A stretch of 64,000 nt of DNA from Paludibacteraceae bacterium (GCA_045226255.1 JBGVCG010000035.1:32327-96326); one strand, 5' to 3'. Numbered from the stretch's first letter, positions 47,523-57,240 are shown. Numbers and translations: made by a program. Notes: generated by a model from the letters alone, not told the origin.

Positions 47523-48974
47523 CTATTCGGACACCACACGGTTTCTGAGATCCTTCACCCTGCCCATGAAAAGCACCAAGCCGCTCAGATTGTCCCTAAA
47601 GACGACCAAAGTGGGTTTCTTGGCATCCAACATGCCCCTTTCCGGCAATTCCGCCATCATAGCGCCATTGGCAGATGCGGGAGGATACACAGTAGAGGAA
47701 TCCGTCACACCGAATCCACGTTCGTTCCAATAAGCTTTGCACTCCTGACTGAATCGGGAGATGGTTCCATCCACAGCCGCGTACGGTTCCTCAAACAATT
47801 TCTTGATACCCATCTCTCCCAAGAAATCCTTCCACTCGTATGTCCGGGAGAAATCGACATAAGGGAATCTGATCCAACAAGGGAAAGCCACTAAGGGGAG
47901 AGCCTCCCATTGGATATTCTCCATCACATCCTCCATGGCATAACCTTCCTTCGGTTGCACAAGGATCATACTGTAAGCATGGTTATAGAGAGAAGTGTCC
48001 GACAATAAATTGACGCAACGGATTTGTTTCTTATTCGTTATGTTAATGCCATATAGGTATTCGTAAGGTCCGAAACGAACCTCCATCGCCTGATATTGAT
48101 CCGTATCAGCGAATCCCGTGAACGTATACATCCTATACTCCGAGAGCGCCACACACATCGCCTTTTCGTTCCACTCGTAGTCAAAAAACGTTCTAGGCAT
48201 CAACTGGGTCCACCATCTGCCGAGCATATAAGAGGTCGTATGGAGCGCCAGCCCCTCATCCGAGGAGACGTCCGCATAGGATTGGTCCAACTGCCCATGC
48301 GTCACCGTACGCACCCAATCATCGACGGTAGACTTCACCGACACAGAATCGAGGGAAGAATCCAGGCCACCAATGGTCGCATAGAACGTACGTTTGGCGA
48401 CATCCGAGAAACGTTCATCCACAGGCGCTCCACCCCGCACCCACAAGGCAGAAGGGAACTCCATCCGCACAGAATCACAAGGAGAAGCAAGGTATTGATA
48501 GATTTTGTGATAATAGACGTTCATATCCTCCAAGGCGGTCTTGCCAGAGAAACCCAATGCAGAGAGTATCTCCTCCTTAGCCCCTTCCGACGCACCATTC
48601 GCACACATAGCCAAAGCCATCTGCAGACCCATGGGCGAGAAAAGGAAGTCACCCCGATCCAACGTGGTGTCAGCCGTCTTGTATATGGCGGAGAAACATT
48701 TCTTCGAGAACTCATTGCTCAATCGCACCCGATCACGCTCCTGGCTTGTCAACATCAGGGGAACGCAACGATTGGAGACAGGAGGAGCGGTCCATGTGGA
48801 GCCAACCTCCTCTTCCCAGCCACTCCCGAAAGTGACACTATCCACACTATTGACCGGGAACGATTGCGACGCCCCCTCGTTTAGCCATATCCGCATCCTA
48901 TCGGGTTGTTGCGCAAAAACGCCAACCGACAACCATACGAACGCCAAGATTACAATTCTTTTCGTGTTCATCAT
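47523..48974 (-). CDS. secreted serpin family protein (copy B)
   Basis: 483-aa paralogue of copy A. It shares the identical block LQMALAMCANGASEGAKEEILSALGFSG and differs strongly in the reactive-centre-loop region. Confidence 0.88.
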   Translation of the reverse strand: MMNTKRIVILAFVWLSVGVFAQQPDRMRIWLNEGASQSFPVNSVDSVTFGSGWEEEVGSTWTAPPVSNRCVPLMLTSQERDRVRLSNEFSKKCFSAIYKTADTTLDRGDFLFSPMGLQMALAMCANGASEGAKEEILSALGFSGKTALEDMNVYYHKIYQYLASPCDSVRMEFPSALWVRGGAPVDERFSDVAKRTFYATIGGLDSSLDSVSVKSTVDDWVRTVTHGQLDQSYADVSSDEGLALHTTSYMLGRWWTQLMPRTFFDYEWNEKAMCVALSEYRMYTFTGFADTDQYQAMEVRFGPYEYLYGINITNKKQIRCVNLLSDTSLYNHAYSMILVQPKEGYAMEDVMENIQWEALPLVAFPCWIRFPYVDFSRTYEWKDFLGEMGIKKLFEEPYAAVDGTISRFSQECKAYWNERGFGVTDSSTVYPPASANGAMMAELPERGMLDAKKPTLVVFRDNLSGLVLFMGRVKDLRNRVVSE

Positions 48975-49181
48975 AGGTACAATTAAAAACGAAAGGTGAG
49001 CCCTAAATCAACATACCAGACCCCACCTATACATCCAAACACTACGCAAATGGAGGGGCGCTCCACGTAAAAAAGTCCCCTACCCGACATTTCCCGGCAA
49101 TCACATTGTCCTAAAAATCACCCAACGGATTGCCATCGCGCAAATATAACGAACAAAACTGAAATACAATTATTCCATTGG

Positions 49182-49198
49182 TTTTTTTTTGGGGGGGG
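49182..49198. repeat. T9G8 compound homopolymer tract
   Basis: tttttttttgggggggg, intergenic and 208-224 nt upstream of the serpin B start codon. Confidence 0.95.
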
Positions 49199-49208
49199 AT
49201 GGTCACAT

Positions 49209-49234
49209 GGCGGGTTCATTTACCGCATTAGACA
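49209..49234. repeat. intergenic core motif copy
   Basis: ggcgggttcatttaccgcattagaca matches the cores at 33630 and 60020. Confidence 0.8.
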
Positions 49235-49281
49235 GATCTCCCCCGCCTTAGCAAAGAAAATCGTTAATCATCAAGCGACAA

Positions 49282-49521
49282 TCATGAAAAGATTGTATCC
49301 TTCAAGCTGAGGCCCAACGTGCTTGAGAAGATAAGCAGGGCGCCCATGAGCAGCGGAAAGAGAACGTAGCAGATGATATAGATGACCTTACCGAGAACAC
49401 CCAATTTCCTTTCAAGTATATCCAATTTTTGGGATTCCTTTTTAAGGATAATTCTGCTAATCAATAAATAGGCACCCAGTGCAACGAACAAGAGGCCTAC
49501 GATAAACGTTGTGATATTCAT
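49282..49521 (-). CDS. small 2-TM membrane protein
   Basis: 79 aa from MNITTFIV, starting 16 nt after the aminotransferase stop. The earlier track start would overlap the upstream gene. Confidence 0.45.
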   Translation of the reverse strand: MNITTFIVGLLFVALGAYLLISRIILKKESQKLDILERKLGVLGKVIYIICYVLFPLLMGALLIFSSTLGLSLKDTIFS

Positions 49522-49537
49522 GATTACACTATTTAAG

Positions 49538-50839
49538 TTATTTCTTGTGATCTTTTTCAAATGCAGCCAAGCGCTCGTCCAGCACATCGTACTGATCGTC
49601 TTGGATGAAGGAAGTGCAAGCCCTCAAGCCCTCTTGCTTACTACCCGTAGTAAGCAGAGATATCACGCTAACACCGTAGAAGAGAAGCTCGTACATCAGT
49701 TCGCCACCCGTCATGCCCTTATAGCCGACGGTGAAGTAGAAACCATCACCGATTTCACGGTCAATATCCTTGTCATAGACGATGTGGAAGCCATGCTTCT
49801 GGAAAATCGCCTTCAGTTTCGCCGCACGTCTACCGTACTCGTGCACACCCTCAAGGAAGTTGTATTTGCCGTCGCAGGCCGCCTTGAACATAGCCGCCAA
49901 GGCATGTTGCGCCGAGTGGGCCGTACCCGAAGAGAGCACGTACAGGATTCTGTTCACGAAGATCGTGCCAAACTCGCCAATCGAATAGCGGTCCGCAAGA
50001 CCTTGGTAGAAACGGTGGTACAATTTATCAGAGATAGCGGAGACACCGATACGTTGTCCCGCATAGCTAAACGCCTTGGAACCAGAGATCAACAGAATGT
50101 AGTTGTCCGTATATTTAGCGACCGATGGTTGGAAAGGAGGCTCGAACGGCTTGCTGAGGTCCTTGCGGAAGTCCATGGCGAAGTAGGCCAAGTCCTCCAT
50201 GACGATGACGTCATACTTAGTGGCCAATTCACCGATACCCTTCAACTCCTCCTCCGTCAGGCAGAACCATGACGGATTGTTCGGGTTGGAATAGATGATG
50301 TTGCAGATATTGCCTTTCTTCAGGTAGCTCTCCACCTTCTCGATCAACTTATCCCCCCTGTATTCGTACATATCGAACGACTCATACTTCAGACCCAAAA
50401 CGAGCAGCTGTGTCTTCTGCACAGGGAAGCCCGGGTCGATGAAGAGGACCGTGTCACGCTTAGGGTCGCACTGTCCCGACACGAGGAAGGAAGCGTAGGT
50501 ACCTTGCATAGAGCCTGAAGTAGGCACACATCCCTCCGGCTTCACATCCACGTCGATGAATGCCTTGATGAAACGGGAAGCCTCTTTCTTCAGGTCCGGA
50601 TGTCCGTCCAACATCGGGTACTTGGAGGCCACGCCCCTCTTCAGGGCCTCGATCTCAGCCGCTGTACCGATAGCGTCCGGCGCAAGACCGGGAACACCCA
50701 TCTCCATCCTGACGTATTTTTCGCCCGTCAAAGCCTCTACCTTGTTGGCAATCGCCACAATCTCACGAATCGTCGCTTTGTTGAAATCCGGAAGATGCAT
50801 CTCCTCAATCACGGACTTCACTATACTTTTATCTATCAT
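49538..50839 (-). CDS. pyridoxal-phosphate-dependent aminotransferase (class I/II)
   Basis: 433-aa ORF with an SGSKAFSYAGQR PLP-lysine region. Confidence 0.88.
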   Translation of the reverse strand: MIDKSIVKSVIEEMHLPDFNKATIREIVAIANKVEALTGEKYVRMEMGVPGLAPDAIGTAAEIEALKRGVASKYPMLDGHPDLKKEASRFIKAFIDVDVKPEGCVPTSGSMQGTYASFLVSGQCDPKRDTVLFIDPGFPVQKTQLLVLGLKYESFDMYEYRGDKLIEKVESYLKKGNICNIIYSNPNNPSWFCLTEEELKGIGELATKYDVIVMEDLAYFAMDFRKDLSKPFEPPFQPSVAKYTDNYILLISGSKAFSYAGQRIGVSAISDKLYHRFYQGLADRYSIGEFGTIFVNRILYVLSSGTAHSAQHALAAMFKAACDGKYNFLEGVHEYGRRAAKLKAIFQKHGFHIVYDKDIDREIGDGFYFTVGYKGMTGGELMYELLFYGVSVISLLTTGSKQEGLRACTSFIQDDQYDVLDERLAAFEKDHKK

Positions 50840-50850
50840 GTCTGAATAAT

Positions 50851-51384
50851 TTATTTACCATTAACTAATTGAAACAGAAGGCAATCCGACCAATCGTCTC
50901 CATCCCGGACCCAATCCGTCAGCTTGCCAGCCTGCGTAAAATTCATCTCTTGGAACAATTTAAGGCTCGGTTCGTTCTTCGCATTGACCTTCGCCATGAT
51001 TTGGTGGCAACGCAAGTAATCGAAGACATAGCGCACCACCATTTCGAGCGTCTCCTTCGCATAGCCTCTGCCACGCACCGCCTCGTCGATCAGGATCCCC
51101 AATTCGACACGTTGCGCGATTGGCTCGAAATCGAAGAGATCGACCACGCCCACCTGTCTGCGGGAGGTGTTTTCCTCCACGATGAGGCGCAACTCCCTCG
51201 ATGTGAAGATATCCGTCGCATTGGCGATGTAGTTCTTCAGGTCATAGCGGGAAAAGGGCGGTATCATGCTCCCCTCGCCCCAGATGGACGAGTCATTCTC
51301 CCAGCGGTAGAGGAAGTCCAGATCTTCCGGTTCCAAAGCCCTGAGGAAAAGACGTTCGGAGGAGAGCAAAGCCATAATGGTCAA
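50851..51384 (-). CDS. GNAT family N-acetyltransferase (RimJ/RimL-like)
   Basis: 177-aa ORF with an acetyl-CoA-binding RGRGYAKE motif. Confidence 0.85.
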   Translation of the reverse strand: MTIMALLSSERLFLRALEPEDLDFLYRWENDSSIWGEGSMIPPFSRYDLKNYIANATDIFTSRELRLIVEENTSRRQVGVVDLFDFEPIAQRVELGILIDEAVRGRGYAKETLEMVVRYVFDYLRCHQIMAKVNAKNEPSLKLFQEMNFTQAGKLTDWVRDGDDWSDCLLFQLVNGK

Positions 51385-51878
51385 CGTAATCTGTCCAAAG
51401 AGCGCACCAGCGCCTCGTCGCTACCGATAGCGCGGATCGCCAAGTACGTCAGGATGACGTTCACGATCGGCAGGACGATGGTCCAGTTCGGTTGGAACGA
51501 TCCCTGTATAACCCCCTGATTAGGCATCAGGAAGAAATAATAGAATGCGAAGAGCGCATATATGCCCAAGTGCAGCATCATGTTGAAGATGGCCACACGG
51601 ATCTGGAAGATGCGTCTCTTGAAAAGCAGGATGTCATACGCAGTGACACCCAAGATGATACTCACCAAGGCGAACAAAGCCCACGCACCCTTTGCGAATT
51701 GGGTGGTGCTGGTCGCTGTGCCCGGATCGGTAATGATCTGGTAAGCACCCACGGCATTCAGCTCGAAAGCCTTCTCCGCGCCCTCTCCTACCACGTCAAA
51801 GCCCATAGGCAGGAAGAAAAGCAGGACCGTGAGGATAAACGTCACAAGAAGATAAACGGTTTGGATTCTCTGAAGCAT
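51381..51878 (-). CDS. DUF4293-like membrane protein
   Basis: 165-aa ORF starting MLQRIQTVYLL with 4-5 TM segments. It overlaps the GNAT start by 4 nt. Confidence 0.7.
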   Translation of the reverse strand: MLQRIQTVYLLVTFILTVLLFFLPMGFDVVGEGAEKAFELNAVGAYQIITDPGTATSTTQFAKGAWALFALVSIILGVTAYDILLFKRRIFQIRVAIFNMMLHLGIYALFAFYYFFLMPNQGVIQGSFQPNWTIVLPIVNVILTYLAIRAIGSDEALVRSLDRLR

Positions 51879-51884
51879 AGCGTA

Positions 51885-52463
51885 TTATTTTTTCTCGGTA
51901 ATATTTTTGCCAGCCTCAAGCGCCTTCAGGTTCAGATTCACGATCTCGTCGCCCTTTCTGCCGAAGATGGAACGAATACCCTCTTGGATCTTATCATAAG
52001 AGATACCCAGGAACGGAGTGGCCGCACCGAGCATGACAATGTTCGCGACACGAGGAGAACCAACCTCCTTGGCGATGGTCTCGACATCCAGGATAACGTG
52101 GTTCTTCACCTTCTTCACCTCAGCCAACACATCGTCGACATTCGGGTAATCAGGAATATTGATCAAAGGAACGTTGCTGGTGACCACACAGCCATCCTCC
52201 TTCAGGAAAGGAAGGTAGCGGAGAGACTCCATAGGCTCCAAAGAGATTATCAAATCGGCTGTGCCCTTCGCAATCAAGTCTGATGCGATCGGCTTGTCGG
52301 AGATCCTCAGGTTGGATTGCACATCCCCACCACGTTGGCTCATACCATGGACCTCAGCCTGTTTCATATAAAGATCATTCTTAATAGCCGCTTCACCAAT
52401 CACAGCGGCGATGGACAAAATGCCTTGTCCTCCAACTCCTGACAAGATAATATCAGTCTTCAT
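51885..52463 (-). CDS. 2-oxoacid:ferredoxin oxidoreductase gamma / indolepyruvate oxidoreductase beta (IorB-like) subunit
   Basis: Starts MKTDIILSGVGGQGILS, with HGMSQRGG present. Start moved to M20 of the track ORF. Confidence 0.82.
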   Translation of the reverse strand: MKTDIILSGVGGQGILSIAAVIGEAAIKNDLYMKQAEVHGMSQRGGDVQSNLRISDKPIASDLIAKGTADLIISLEPMESLRYLPFLKEDGCVVTSNVPLINIPDYPNVDDVLAEVKKVKNHVILDVETIAKEVGSPRVANIVMLGAATPFLGISYDKIQEGIRSIFGRKGDEIVNLNLKALEAGKNITEKK

Positions 52464-52643
52464 AATATATAAAATTTTTAATCCATCACGGAAAGGCTTC
52501 CCATCCGTGAACCATGTCATATCACACTACAAAAGTAATAAAATTATAGGACAAAAATCACAGCAATGCGGCACGAAAAAGCGCGCTAGGAATGAGTCAT
52601 CGCCCCAAGGGAGAAAAATCCACACGGATCCTCTCCCCAAAGA

Positions 52644-53081
52644 TTATTTCACAACCTTATAGACCCGGCTGTTAGAGGCATCGGTCATATCCACCAACAC
52701 GCACCTGACGCTATCCTTCTGCAGCACCATCCGCAAACGCTGGCCTTGCATATTGAAGCCGGAAAGACCCACCGCAACGTGTTGGAAATCGGAGACTTCC
52801 AGCCTTTCGGAAAATTGTTGTCCGTTCAAGTACAGCTCAAAATTCCGCACCGTCATCACAGCGGCGGAATCACTGTCGGCAGCGGCCGCCAGACGGAAAC
52901 TATGCGAATGGAGGTAGTCCCACATCTCCCCCTGGTCCTTGAAAGAGCCAGGCTCGTAGGAAGCGGTAGGGAAATCCTCCTTCGATGATTCAATATTGGA
53001 TTTATTCTTGATCAGGTTATAGAAAAAGATACCCAAACAAAGAACCATGATGATAATCGTTACAATTCTTTTCTTATCCAT
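52644..53081 (-). CDS. hypothetical protein with an N-terminal membrane anchor
   Basis: 145-aa ORF starting 10 nt after the stop of the 1369-aa gene. I recognise no family. Confidence 0.6.
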   Translation of the reverse strand: MDKKRIVTIIIMVLCLGIFFYNLIKNKSNIESSKEDFPTASYEPGSFKDQGEMWDYLHSHSFRLAAAADSDSAAVMTVRNFELYLNGQQFSERLEVSDFQHVAVGLSGFNMQGQRLRMVLQKDSVRCVLVDMTDASNSRVYKVVK

Positions 53082-53091
53082 GCTATCTATT

Positions 53092-56000
53092 TTACTCTTT
53101 CAAAATCTCTACAGTTCCATGCTTCTCCTTGCCGTTCCTGAAACGGATGGTATAGATATATACCCCCGCATCGGCCGGTTCGCCACGGTAGCTTCCGTCC
53201 CAACCATTGGTGGAGTGGCACACCAACAATCCGTAGCGGTCATGGATGAATATCTCATACCCCTCCATGAAGATATCATTGATACCGTTCCCATCCTTCG
53301 GTGTGAAGGAGGTCGGCACATCCACATCGTCCTCATTGCGCACGAACAACAAGAGCGTGACAAGACTATCGCACCCCTTCGAATTGGCGTACATGGTATC
53401 GAACGTATGCAAGCCAGGCACCTTCTGGGCAGGGAGGTCAAAGTTCTGGTCACGGTAGGTATCCCCGTACATTATCGTGTCGGAATAGGTGAAGTCCGTT
53501 TTAGGGAAAGCCTTCACGCTCAAGGAGAGGATACTATCGCAATGCGTGGAGGAGGTGAGCGTTTGGTAATGGACACTATAGCCCTCCTCATCGACCAGAA
53601 AATCGAATCCGTTCCGCTGATAACGTTCCATGAAACAGATGGAGTCCACCATGGAGATCTGGTACACAGTATCGACCGTAAGCGCCAACACATGGATGAA
53701 CGTGCACCCCTCCTCGTTGAGCTCCGAGCGCTCTTTGTACTGCAAGCCAGCAGGCTGGAAGGCAGGTATCTCGAACCCGTTCTTGTAGTAGCCCTCGTTT
53801 TGGCACACATGGGCGTATTGGGTGTCCCGTTGGGCAGGCAACACCTCCAAGCGAAGACAGATGACGCTATCGCACCCCTTCCCGTCGGAGAAGGTTATCG
53901 TGTCATAGGCAAAGCCTGGCGATGATGGTTGCAGGAAGAAGCCATTCTTTTTGTAGGTGGAGCCTTGACAAGTGACATCGCTCACACAAGTAGTATCCTG
54001 CGCATCCAAGACCGTGAGGTTCAATGTGATTTTCTGCGTGCACTCACCATTGTCCGCTTCCGCATGATAGACGCCAGACTCGGAGGCCTCGAAATAGTCG
54101 TCCTTGTAAACCTGTCCATGGCACACCGTCTTGTTCAACACGATAGGATCGACGCTCTGAACGTAGATGGTCGTATCATGCTTAGAGCGACACTTGCCCG
54201 CGTTTGATAGGATCGTGACCTCATAATTGGTCGTACGGGTTGGATAGTCCACGATGGTCGGGACGGTATCCCCCGTGTTCCAACGATAAGAGAGTGTGGT
54301 GTCCTCATACTCCGTGTAATCCTCGCAGACCGTGAATTGGCGCATAGGGCGGAAGAACAAATCCTCCGTCAGCGGATAGAAATTAAAATTGCCCTGCGGG
54401 ATGGAGATGATATATCCGTAAGGATCCGTCGTGGCATCACAAGTCCAATAATCCTGGACAGTGAAAGAGATGCCACCATTCTCATGAAGTGCGGAATCCA
54501 GCACCATAATGTTAGCGTAAAGGAAGTTCATCTCCGCACGGGTTGGGATGTACCAACCATGTTCGAAGTCCACCGTCCAAGCGGCAGGATATTGCGATGA
54601 ATCCCCCAACTCACGATATTTCCGTGTACATTCATAGCCGCGGGAGGTGTTCAATCGGTTATCAATCTGCGCCATGAGAGTATCCGCGAGAGGCTCATAG
54701 GTGTTCTGAATACGAGCAGAGTCATCCTCCATGGCAATCATCGTACCTGTTTTCCCGTCCGGACTGACACAAAGGACAATTCCCCGTGAGCCATCTTCGT
54801 TGATGATCAAATCACCCATCTTATATTTCGGCTGTGTCCAATTCTGCAGTTTCACCTTGCGAGAGAATCTCGTGGTGAGTTTGTTATACTTCGGTATCGC
54901 ATAGATGAAGAAGTCCGCTTTCATGCAACAAGCCATGTCTTCATTATACTCACTACTTGAATAATAATAGAAATTCATATCCACCCGAGTGCCATCATAA
55001 TTGTTGAAGAAGATGGAATCTGCGTTCAGCCTATTTAACGAGACATTCACAATGCTTATGGCCTCGAACATTTTCCTGAGCTCCCCTATCGATGGGACAT
55101 ACCACCCATGCTCCATATCAGCCAACCAAGCGAGCGGATATTCATCGGCATCCCCCGTTCCCCTAATCAGGGAGGTGTGTCCAAACCCGTCCATATCATT
55201 CAACAGATTTGGAAGATATTGCTGATTCTCCAAGGCTGGTATATCATAGTAGACATTGCTCCATCTCACATACGGATATGGTTCAAAAAGAGAGACCACA
55301 TAAGCGTATCCCTCTATGTCGTCGTAATGATACACAACGCCCTCCGCCTGCTTGCCTGACAATGGGAAGGAGTCGATGTTCACAAACGAGCCGTCGGAGC
55401 AGAACACATCTCCGATAGCAACAGGAGAAGGGTCGCATTGATGGTAAATGAGCACACTGCCCGAACTCTTGACGGAGAGTCTAAGCATAGAGGAATCACA
55501 ATGCAGGGTTCTGTCCGGAGAGACCTCAAAAGAGACCACAGGGACGGGCAACACCGTCAACTGCAGCACGATGGTGCTATCACATCCCTTATTCGTTTTG
55601 AAGGAATGGGTGGATGTGAAGAATCCTGATTTCTCTTGCTTGCCCAATGAAATGCTTCCCATACGATAACTTTCCCCCTGACATACCGTATCGGATACGA
55701 TATTGTGATAGGAAGGATACGGATAGACAGTGTAAGGCGCCGCACTTGTTCCGCACCCATTCTCTCCGATCAGCGTCAACGTCGCCGGCTCGTCAGAAGT
55801 GAAATAGAGGGCAATTTGTGGGGAATGTTCTCCGCTGACCACCTTCACGTTCTCAGGGAGATTCCACTTGTATTGGGAAAGGTTATCTTCCAGTTCCGAA
55901 AAATAGGTGACGACCTGATTGGTACAAGGGTGAAGTTCTCCCTTCAGTTCGTTGGCAAGGTTCTTGGTGTCGTTGACCACCAAGCGGAGGCAAACGATAC

Positions 56001-57201
56001 TATCGCAACGTTGCTTGCTCCGCTCGAATTTCAGCGTGTCCATCAAGACACCCACAGGCGGTTGTATGATGTGGAATCCATTTTCGACGTAGTCATCTCC
56101 CTCACAAATGTAGACATTGATAGGGAAATATTTTTGCAGAACGGTCAATTCGAGGCTAACCGTAGCGGATGCGGAGCAAGTGGCAGGATTAGCGATCAAA
56201 TTAGTGAATCCGAACGTGCCCACGTTCATCTGTGGTGGCAAATCGAAGTTGTGGAGATTGTAGGCCTCTCCTTGGCAAATCGTGTCCCGAATGGTAACGT
56301 CTCCCCCCACATAGGAATCGGTGACGTATGCGCTCTGTATGAACTGACAGCCCGTCGCGGAAGTGATTTCGCAGTAGATGTTCATGTCTCCGCCACGGAA
56401 AGTGCGGTATGAGATGCGGGACGTATCCCCATTGTCCCAATGGTAGGAAGGGAATCCTTCCGGTGCGGCCAACGAGAAGCTTTCGCCCTCACACACGTCG
56501 AGGCTCAGTTTGTTAGGCGCACAGGAGGCAGTGAAATAGGCGTATCCGTAATGTCCGAAAAGGAAACAATCGTATGTGATGAACTGGACCTGCACCTCCT
56601 GTCCGACGAAGGGAGTCAAGTCGAGACCGATCTTCGACCAATCCCGCCATCGCACCGTATGATACTCGTCACCATCCACATACGTGTAATCATGGAACCC
56701 ATCCAGCCCAGCAGCGGCAGTAACATCATAAACGGAGCAATCATTCACCAGCTTGCCATTCTTGTCGGTGACACGAATGACGAAACGAGGCTGGAAAGCG
56801 AATTCATGCCCAGGGTCCTCCATCACAACTGCAAAATTGACAAACAATAGGGAGTTGTCGGGGTCAACGATATAGTGGTACACAACAGCCTCCGATTCGC
56901 CTCCGATACTATCGTTGCCTAATCGGATGGATTTCTCCTTTCCATCGGGTATCAGCTTCAGTTTATTACCCGTGTGGGGATCATACCCCTGCTCTTCGTT
57001 CAGATGATGTCGTTTCGGATTGATTCCTAAGGCCTCGAAGGGATTGTCTGTCATACCCGTATAGAAATCCACATAGGAGGCGGAGATGTCCATGAAGTCC
57101 GGACAACCATTGTATGGAACAGCTTGGACAAGAGATAAGAATCCCCCTACGAAGGCTAATAGCATACCTAATAGGGTTTTTCTTATCTCGTGTTTTCTCA
57201 T
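53092..57201 (-). CDS. giant secreted protein with repeated Cys modules, two DUF1566-like segments and a T9SS type-B C-terminal domain
   Basis: 1369-aa ORF with a signal peptide. It carries eight modules of about 47 aa (C.G..Y...NGF...G.Y....GCDS....L.L.V) and paired EHGWYVPSIGEL / EHGWYIPTRAEM segments. The C-terminus is PTSFTPKDGNGINDIF..IHDRYGLLV...GWDGSYRGEPADAGVYIY. Confidence 0.9.
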   Translation of the reverse strand: MRKHEIRKTLLGMLLAFVGGFLSLVQAVPYNGCPDFMDISASYVDFYTGMTDNPFEALGINPKRHHLNEEQGYDPHTGNKLKLIPDGKEKSIRLGNDSIGGESEAVVYHYIVDPDNSLLFVNFAVVMEDPGHEFAFQPRFVIRVTDKNGKLVNDCSVYDVTAAAGLDGFHDYTYVDGDEYHTVRWRDWSKIGLDLTPFVGQEVQVQFITYDCFLFGHYGYAYFTASCAPNKLSLDVCEGESFSLAAPEGFPSYHWDNGDTSRISYRTFRGGDMNIYCEITSATGCQFIQSAYVTDSYVGGDVTIRDTICQGEAYNLHNFDLPPQMNVGTFGFTNLIANPATCSASATVSLELTVLQKYFPINVYICEGDDYVENGFHIIQPPVGVLMDTLKFERSKQRCDSIVCLRLVVNDTKNLANELKGELHPCTNQVVTYFSELEDNLSQYKWNLPENVKVVSGEHSPQIALYFTSDEPATLTLIGENGCGTSAAPYTVYPYPSYHNIVSDTVCQGESYRMGSISLGKQEKSGFFTSTHSFKTNKGCDSTIVLQLTVLPVPVVSFEVSPDRTLHCDSSMLRLSVKSSGSVLIYHQCDPSPVAIGDVFCSDGSFVNIDSFPLSGKQAEGVVYHYDDIEGYAYVVSLFEPYPYVRWSNVYYDIPALENQQYLPNLLNDMDGFGHTSLIRGTGDADEYPLAWLADMEHGWYVPSIGELRKMFEAISIVNVSLNRLNADSIFFNNYDGTRVDMNFYYYSSSEYNEDMACCMKADFFIYAIPKYNKLTTRFSRKVKLQNWTQPKYKMGDLIINEDGSRGIVLCVSPDGKTGTMIAMEDDSARIQNTYEPLADTLMAQIDNRLNTSRGYECTRKYRELGDSSQYPAAWTVDFEHGWYIPTRAEMNFLYANIMVLDSALHENGGISFTVQDYWTCDATTDPYGYIISIPQGNFNFYPLTEDLFFRPMRQFTVCEDYTEYEDTTLSYRWNTGDTVPTIVDYPTRTTNYEVTILSNAGKCRSKHDTTIYVQSVDPIVLNKTVCHGQVYKDDYFEASESGVYHAEADNGECTQKITLNLTVLDAQDTTCVSDVTCQGSTYKKNGFFLQPSSPGFAYDTITFSDGKGCDSVICLRLEVLPAQRDTQYAHVCQNEGYYKNGFEIPAFQPAGLQYKERSELNEEGCTFIHVLALTVDTVYQISMVDSICFMERYQRNGFDFLVDEEGYSVHYQTLTSSTHCDSILSLSVKAFPKTDFTYSDTIMYGDTYRDQNFDLPAQKVPGLHTFDTMYANSKGCDSLVTLLLFVRNEDDVDVPTSFTPKDGNGINDIFMEGYEIFIHDRYGLLVCHSTNGWDGSYRGEPADAGVYIYTIRFRNGKEKHGTVEILKE

Positions 57202-57240
57202 ATATATTATCCCTTTATATCGTTGAACAATGGTTTCACT

